Positions 59,375 to 64,000 of a stretch of DNA of 64,000 nt are shown here, one piece after another. Positions within the stretch are counted from its first letter, which is position 1. Each line of letters opens with the position of its first letter. Origin of the DNA: Alphaproteobacteria bacterium (GTDB lineage Bacteria; Pseudomonadota; Alphaproteobacteria; Rhodobacterales; Rhodobacteraceae); NCBI GenBank assembly GCA_016869835.1, contig VGDH01000002.1, forward strand, positions 4,265 through 68,264, in the 5' to 3' direction. The notes beneath the pieces are model-generated. The model did not search any database and had not been told where the DNA came from. It was given only the letters and a program-made list of their open reading frames with translations. The translations under genes were made by a program, and so were the position numbers.

Positions 59375-60034
59375 ATGAACTCTTCCCTGTTGCAGCTTCT
59401 GGTTCTTGCCGGGATTGCCGTGTTTCTCATCCTGAAGCTGCGCGCTGTTCTTGGAGCGCGCGAGGGGTTCGAAAAGCCACCGCTTCCCGCCGACGGGGCA
59501 AAGCCGCGTGCGGTTCAGAAATTCGAGGTGATCGAAGGCGGCCTTGATCGCGACATCACCGACCATGTCGCCGAAGGCACCGACACGGCCCGCGCGCTGA
59601 CCGCTATGAAGCAGGCCGAACCCGGGTTCTCCGTGTCCGATTTCCTTACCGGCGCGCGCGGCGCTTATGAGATGATCCTGATGGCATTTGAACGCGGGGA
59701 CATCGAAAGCATCCGCCCCTTCCTCAACGACGAGGTTGAGGCGAGCTTTGCCCAGGCCATTAACGCCCGCGAACGCCAGGGCCTCACGGTCGAGGCAAAC
59801 TTCATCGGGCTGCGCGAACTTGCAATCGCCGAGGCCGAGTTTGACGCCACCTCCAGAACCGCCGAGATCACCGTCCGCCTTACCGGCGAACTGACCACCG
59901 TTGTGCGCAATGCTGCCGGGGAGGTGGTTGATGGCCACCCCACCAGCCCCAAGCGCCAGCGTGATGCCTGGACTTTTGCGCGCCGGATGGGCGTGCAAGA
60001 CCCCAACTGGCAGCTTGTGGCCACCGGGGAGTGA
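59375..60034 (+). CDS. Tim44-like domain protein
   Basis: 219 aa from ATG 59375. One N-terminal TM segment (LLQLLVLAGIAVFLILKL), then a Tim44-like C-terminal domain ending ...DAWTFARRMGVQDPNWQLVAT. Confidence 0.8.
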   Translation: MNSSLLQLLVLAGIAVFLILKLRAVLGAREGFEKPPLPADGAKPRAVQKFEVIEGGLDRDITDHVAEGTDTARALTAMKQAEPGFSVSDFLTGARGAYEMILMAFERGDIESIRPFLNDEVEASFAQAINARERQGLTVEANFIGLRELAIAEAEFDATSRTAEITVRLTGELTTVVRNAAGEVVDGHPTSPKRQRDAWTFARRMGVQDPNWQLVATGE

Positions 60035-61059
60035 TGCGTGCGGCGGCGGCCCTTGGCGTTCTGGCGCTGGCCATGACCGTGGCGTCCCCCGCCCCGGCCC
60101 AGATGCTCGACTTCGCCGAGCTTGCAGGCTGGGAGCATGATGATCACCGCGCTGCGCTCAACAGCTTTCTGGAAACCTGTGACAAGCTGACCGGACCCGA
60201 CTGGCGTCCGATCTGCGCCTTTGCCGCCGATGCCGGGGCTTCGGATGCCTCGGCCAAGGCTTTCTTTGAGCTTTTCTTCAAGCCCGTCGCCATCGGTGAT
60301 CCGCCCGCCCTTTTCACTGGCTATTACGAACCGGAATTGAACGGCTCTCTCACCCGAAGCCCGCGTTTTGCCCATCCGATCTACCGCCGCCCCCCCGAAT
60401 TGCAGGACGGCCAGGTCTATCTTGACCGCGCCACCATCGAATCCGGCGTGTTGTGGGGGCGCGGGCTTGAACTGGTCTGGCTTGAGGACCCGGTCGAGGT
60501 CTATTTCCTGCATATCCAGGGTTCGGGCCGTATCCGCCTGCCCGATGGCCAGGTGATGCGTGTGGGCTATGGTGGGCGGAATGGGCATGCCTATCGCTCG
60601 ATCGGACAAGAGATGATCCGCCGCGGCACCCATACCGCCGATGAACTTTCTGCCCAGCGCATCCGCGAATGGGTCCGCGCCAATGGGCGGGCGGGCAGCG
60701 CGATGCTGAACTACAACCCCTCTTACATCTTCTTCCGCAAGCTTGACGATCTTCCGCCGGAAAAGGGGCCCATCGGCGCGATGGGCCGTTCCATCACTCC
60801 GCTGCGCTCGGTTGCGATTGACCCCGATTATACGCCTCTTGGCGCGCCGGTCTGGATCGAGAAAGACGGCGTCGACCCGATCCGCAGCCTGATGGTGGCG
60901 CAGGATACCGGCGGCGCGATCAAAGGGCCGCAGCGGGTGGATGTGTTCTATGGCACAGGCGATGCCGCAGGCGATGCGGCGGGGCAGGTCAGGGATGGCG
61001 GTCGGCTGGTGGTGCTTTTGCTCATCGACCGCGCCTATGCCATGCTGCCCGAAGGCTGA
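60031..61059 (+). CDS. mltA: Membrane-bound lytic murein transglycosylase A
   Basis: 342 aa, signal peptide, MltA-domain motifs (FTGYYEPEL, HIQGSGRI) and a 3D domain (VAIDPDYTPLGAPVWI...AQDTGGAIKG). Start is GTG 60031 or ATG 60034. Confidence 0.88.
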   Translation: MMRAAAALGVLALAMTVASPAPAQMLDFAELAGWEHDDHRAALNSFLETCDKLTGPDWRPICAFAADAGASDASAKAFFELFFKPVAIGDPPALFTGYYEPELNGSLTRSPRFAHPIYRRPPELQDGQVYLDRATIESGVLWGRGLELVWLEDPVEVYFLHIQGSGRIRLPDGQVMRVGYGGRNGHAYRSIGQEMIRRGTHTADELSAQRIREWVRANGRAGSAMLNYNPSYIFFRKLDDLPPEKGPIGAMGRSITPLRSVAIDPDYTPLGAPVWIEKDGVDPIRSLMVAQDTGGAIKGPQRVDVFYGTGDAAGDAAGQVRDGGRLVVLLLIDRAYAMLPEG

Positions 61060-61062
61060 ACC

Positions 61063-61674
61063 ATGGCCCGCCGCCGCACCCTGCGCCCTGAAGAACAGGA
61101 AATCTGGGCGGCGGTCGCACGCACCGCTACGCCCCTGCACCCCGGCCGCCAGATGTTTCTGAAAGAGGTGGGCACCCCCCGCAACGCCGTTCCGGTTCAT
61201 CCCGAGGCGCCCGCACCTCATGGCCACACCCACCCAAGGCTGCCGCTCTTCCATCTGGGCGAAAAGGTCCGCCACACCCCAAGGATCGACACGGTCCCCA
61301 GTCCCGCCGAAGCGCTCGCCGCCGCCCCCTTGCAGATGGACGCCAAGACCCACGGCAAGATGACCCGCGGCAAGCTGACACCCGAAGCGCGGATCGACCT
61401 GCATGGCATGACCCTGTCCGAGGCGCATCCGGAACTGATCCGCTTCATCTTGAACGCCCAATCGGATGGCCTGCGCCTGGTTCTGGTCATCACCGGCAAG
61501 GGCAAGCGGGGCGAAGATATCGGCCCCATCCCCCAGCGCATGGGTGTCCTGCGCCATCAGGTGCCGCACTGGCTGCGCCTGCCACCCCTTGGCCAAGCGG
61601 TTCTTCAAGTGTCCGAGGCGCACCTGCGCCATGGCGGATCGGGGGCCTATTACGTCTATTTGCGCCGGCGCTAA
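61063..61674 (+). CDS. Smr/MutS2-like domain protein
   Basis: 203 aa, C-terminal Smr domain (IDLHGMTLSEAHPELIRFI...LVITGKGK...GVLRHQVPHWL). Confidence 0.85.
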   Translation: MARRRTLRPEEQEIWAAVARTATPLHPGRQMFLKEVGTPRNAVPVHPEAPAPHGHTHPRLPLFHLGEKVRHTPRIDTVPSPAEALAAAPLQMDAKTHGKMTRGKLTPEARIDLHGMTLSEAHPELIRFILNAQSDGLRLVLVITGKGKRGEDIGPIPQRMGVLRHQVPHWLRLPPLGQAVLQVSEAHLRHGGSGAYYVYLRRR

Positions 61675-61682
61675 GGCGCGGG

Positions 61683-62981
61683 CTACAGCACGTAACGCGA
61701 GATATCGGCAGACCGTGACAGGGCGCCAAGATGGGTTTCGACGAAACCCGCATCCACTGTCACGCTGTCCCCGGCCCGGTCTGGCGCGGTAAAGGACAAT
61801 TCCTCAAACACCCGCTCCATCACCGTGTAAAGCCGCCGCGCGCCAATGTTTTCCACGCTGCGGTTCACCTCGGCCGCGATCCGCGCCAGGGCGGCAATGC
61901 CATCGGCGGTAAAGCTCACCGCCACATCTTCGGTCGCCATCAGCGCCGAATATTGCCGGGTCAAGGCATTGTCGGTTTCAGTCAGAATGCGGACAAAATC
62001 CGCCTCGGTCAGCGGCGCAAGCTCGACCCGAATGGGCAGACGGCCCTGCAATTCCGGCAACAGATCCGAGGGCTTGGCGATATAAAACGCACCTGATGCG
62101 ATGAACAGGATATGGTCGGTTTTCACCGGCCCGTATTTGGTAGAAACCGTCGTCCCCTCGATCAGCGGCAAGAGATCACGCTGCACCCCCTCGCGTGAGA
62201 CATCCGCGCCCCGCGCATCCGACCGCGCGCAGATCTTGTCGATCTCGTCCAGAAAAATGATGCCGTTCTCCTGCACCGCCTCCAAAGCAGCAGCCTTCAC
62301 CGCCTCGTCGTCCAACAGCTTGTCGGCCTCTTGCCCGATCAAAAAATCATAGCTGTCGGCCACCGTCACCTGCTTTCGCATGGTGCGCCCGCCAAAGGCC
62401 TTGAATAGGTCATTCAGCCCCTGCATCTGGTTTTCCATGCCCGGCATCATGCCGAACATGCCCTGCGGCGTGGCGGTATCCTGCACCTCGATCTCGATGA
62501 CAGTGCTGTCCAACTCGCCGCGCTTCAGCTTGCCCCGAAACATCTCGCGGGTCTGCTCGCGGGCGTCCTTTCCGGCCAAAGCCTCGATCACCCGATCCTC
62601 GGCCGCCTTTTGCGCGCGGGCCTTCACGTCATCGCGCATCCGCGTGCGGGTATCGATCATCGCGGCATCCACCAGATCGCGAATGATGCTATCCACATCG
62701 CGGCCGACATAGCCTACCTCGGTGAACTTGGTAGCCTCGACCTTCAGGAAGGGCGCTTTCGCCAGCCTGGCCAGACGGCGGCTGATCTCGGTCTTGCCTA
62801 CCCCGGTCGGGCCGATCATCAGGATGTTCTTGGGATAAACCTCATCGCGCAAATCATCGCCCAACTGTTTGCGCCGCCAGCGGTTGCGCAACGCTACGGC
62901 CACGGCCCGCTTGGCCTCACGCTGGCCGATGATGTGACGATCCAGTTCCGAAACAATCTCGCGCGGGGTCAGGCTGGTCAT
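61683..62981 (-). CDS. hslU: ATP-dependent protease ATPase subunit HslU
   Basis: 432 aa, [17 protein letters not shown] and Walker [18 protein letters not shown]. Confidence 0.97.
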   Translation of the reverse strand: MTSLTPREIVSELDRHIIGQREAKRAVAVALRNRWRRKQLGDDLRDEVYPKNILMIGPTGVGKTEISRRLARLAKAPFLKVEATKFTEVGYVGRDVDSIIRDLVDAAMIDTRTRMRDDVKARAQKAAEDRVIEALAGKDAREQTREMFRGKLKRGELDSTVIEIEVQDTATPQGMFGMMPGMENQMQGLNDLFKAFGGRTMRKQVTVADSYDFLIGQEADKLLDDEAVKAAALEAVQENGIIFLDEIDKICARSDARGADVSREGVQRDLLPLIEGTTVSTKYGPVKTDHILFIASGAFYIAKPSDLLPELQGRLPIRVELAPLTEADFVRILTETDNALTRQYSALMATEDVAVSFTADGIAALARIAAEVNRSVENIGARRLYTVMERVFEELSFTAPDRAGDSVTVDAGFVETHLGALSRSADISRYVL

Positions 62982-63538
62982 TTGGAAATGGTCTCCACGG
63001 TCAGATTGCCATTGGTGTAAACACAGATTTCGGCGGCAATCGCCATGGCCTTGCGGGCGATCTCCTCGGCGGGCAAATCGCTGTGCATCAACCCCCGCGC
63101 GGCGGCCAAGGCAAAGTTTCCGCCAGAACCGATGGCCGTGACGTCATGTTCGGGTTCCAGCACATCGCCCGCGCCGGTGATGACGTAAAGATCGGCCCCA
63201 TCGGTGACGATCAGCATGGCCTCAAGGTTGCGCAGGTATTTGTCCATGCGCCAATCCTTGGCCAATTCCACACAGGCGCGCGCCAATTGCCCCGGTGCCG
63301 CTTCAAGCTTTTTCTCCAACCGCTCCAGAAGCGTAAAGGCATCGGCGGTGGATCCGGCAAAGCCGCAAACCACCTCATGCCCACCGGGTGAAAGCCGCCG
63401 CACCTTTCGCGCCGTGCCCTTGATGACGGTATTGCCAAGCGATACCTGCCCGTCGCCCGCGACCACCACCTGACCGCCCCGACGCACGGCCAGAATGGTC
63501 GTGCCATGCCAGCCGGGGAATTTCTCTTCTGCCATCAT
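62978..63538 (-). CDS. hslV: ATP-dependent protease subunit HslV
   Basis: 186 aa, N-terminal [11 protein letters not shown] with the Thr nucleophile. ATGA overlap with hslU. Confidence 0.96.
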   Translation of the reverse strand: MMAEEKFPGWHGTTILAVRRGGQVVVAGDGQVSLGNTVIKGTARKVRRLSPGGHEVVCGFAGSTADAFTLLERLEKKLEAAPGQLARACVELAKDWRMDKYLRNLEAMLIVTDGADLYVITGAGDVLEPEHDVTAIGSGGNFALAAARGLMHSDLPAEEIARKAMAIAAEICVYTNGNLTVETISK

Positions 63539-63643
63539 CCGCTCCTGTGTCTTGCGCCAATATGAAAGGCGGACGGGGGCAATTCAACCGGTCCCGGCGA
63601 AACGGCGCTTGCCCAAGGCGATCTGCCACCGCACATTCACCCA

Positions 63644-64000
63644 ATGGCTGAACCGAAGATTCTGCATTTCCACCTGGACGCCCATTTGCGCGGCCGCCAT
63701 GCCGGCGGGACGGGGGGGCATGCTCAATCAGGTGACCGATGCGGTGCGGGCGGCCGGTTGGGAGGTGATCCTCGCCCCGCTTGAAGAGACCCACGGCCGA
63801 CCCAAGGCGCCGGGCTATCACCTTGTTCTGAATCTGCCCGTCTGGGGGCCGCGTTGCCTGAGCCTGCGCAAGACCTATGCGACCCGTTCTGGAAGATCGA
63901 GGCGACCAACGATCGCTGGGACTACGAGATCGCCGACCAGACCTTTGATCCCGCCGCGATCACCAGCGGCTTTAACGGCTTCATGGGCCATTGGAAGCCG
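63644..64000 (+). pseudogene. 3'-partial conserved hypothetical gene whose protein-like reading frame switches twice
   Basis: MAEPKILHFHLDAHLRGRHAGGTGG (frame of 63644) runs into a G7 tract (63712-63718). MLNQVTDAVRAAGWEVILAPLEE...LSLRKTYAT is in another frame. PFWKIEATNDRWDYEIADQTFDPAAITSGFNGFMGHWKP returns to the first frame after a CCC run (63883-63885). Runs off the window. Confidence 0.4.

Noticed and set aside
59665-61632. 655-aa ORF antisense to Tim44-like, mltA and smr genes
   Set aside because: It spans three well-supported plus-strand genes. Its composition is typical of spurious GC-rich frames.
1-64000. CRISPR arrays, IS elements/transposases, prophage genes, toxin-antitoxin or known defence systems, rRNA genes
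   Set aside because: No regularly spaced direct repeats, transposase- or integrase-like ORFs or rRNA-like sequence were seen on either strand.

Overview
High-GC alphaproteobacterial chromosome segment, Rhodobacterales-like in protein motifs and gene order, made up almost entirely of core genes. The window spans the origin-proximal region. The block parB-parA-rsmG-mnmG-mnmE-rho-hemJ lies on the minus strand. It is followed by a 372-bp AT-rich non-coding gap carrying DnaA-box-like 9-mers, which I call as candidate oriC. The plus-strand block maf-aroE-coaE-dnaQ follows. Two perfect 16-bp parS palindromes (TGTTTCACGTGAAACA) overlap the rdgB stop codon and the mnmG start codon, and a third site matching 14 of 16 positions lies about 14 kb away. 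Other housekeeping content includes tRNA-Val, rpmJ, rlmH/rsfS, leuCD/leuB, tRNA-Pro, ilvD, ilvA, argG, maeB, mutS, grpE/hrcA, rph/rdgB/hemW, secB, mltA and hslVU. The most accessory-looking part is a set of small-molecule nitrogen-metabolism clusters. The first is an agmatine-deiminase-like gene translationally coupled to an amidase-signature enzyme, facing a DUF1028-RidA-flavin monooxygenase operon. The second, and my top candidate for an undescribed system, is a P450 / glutamine-synthetase-like / 2Fe-2S ferredoxin operon. It runs on into DMT-HAD-OCD genes and lies divergent from a class-I glutamine amidotransferase-like gene, an arrangement that suggests gamma-glutamylation-dependent oxidation of an unknown amine. 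Several conserved genes are disrupted: paiB (in-frame TAG), a secreted EEP-family gene (G7 tract), dnaQ (1-nt loss splitting off the ExoI motif) and the 3' partial gene (G7 and C3 tracts). These may be homopolymer sequencing errors or real lesions, possibly linked to the dnaQ defect. I saw no CRISPR arrays, IS elements, integrases, rRNA genes or recognisable defence systems. All coordinates and motifs were read by hand, no database search was run, and start codons are best guesses.
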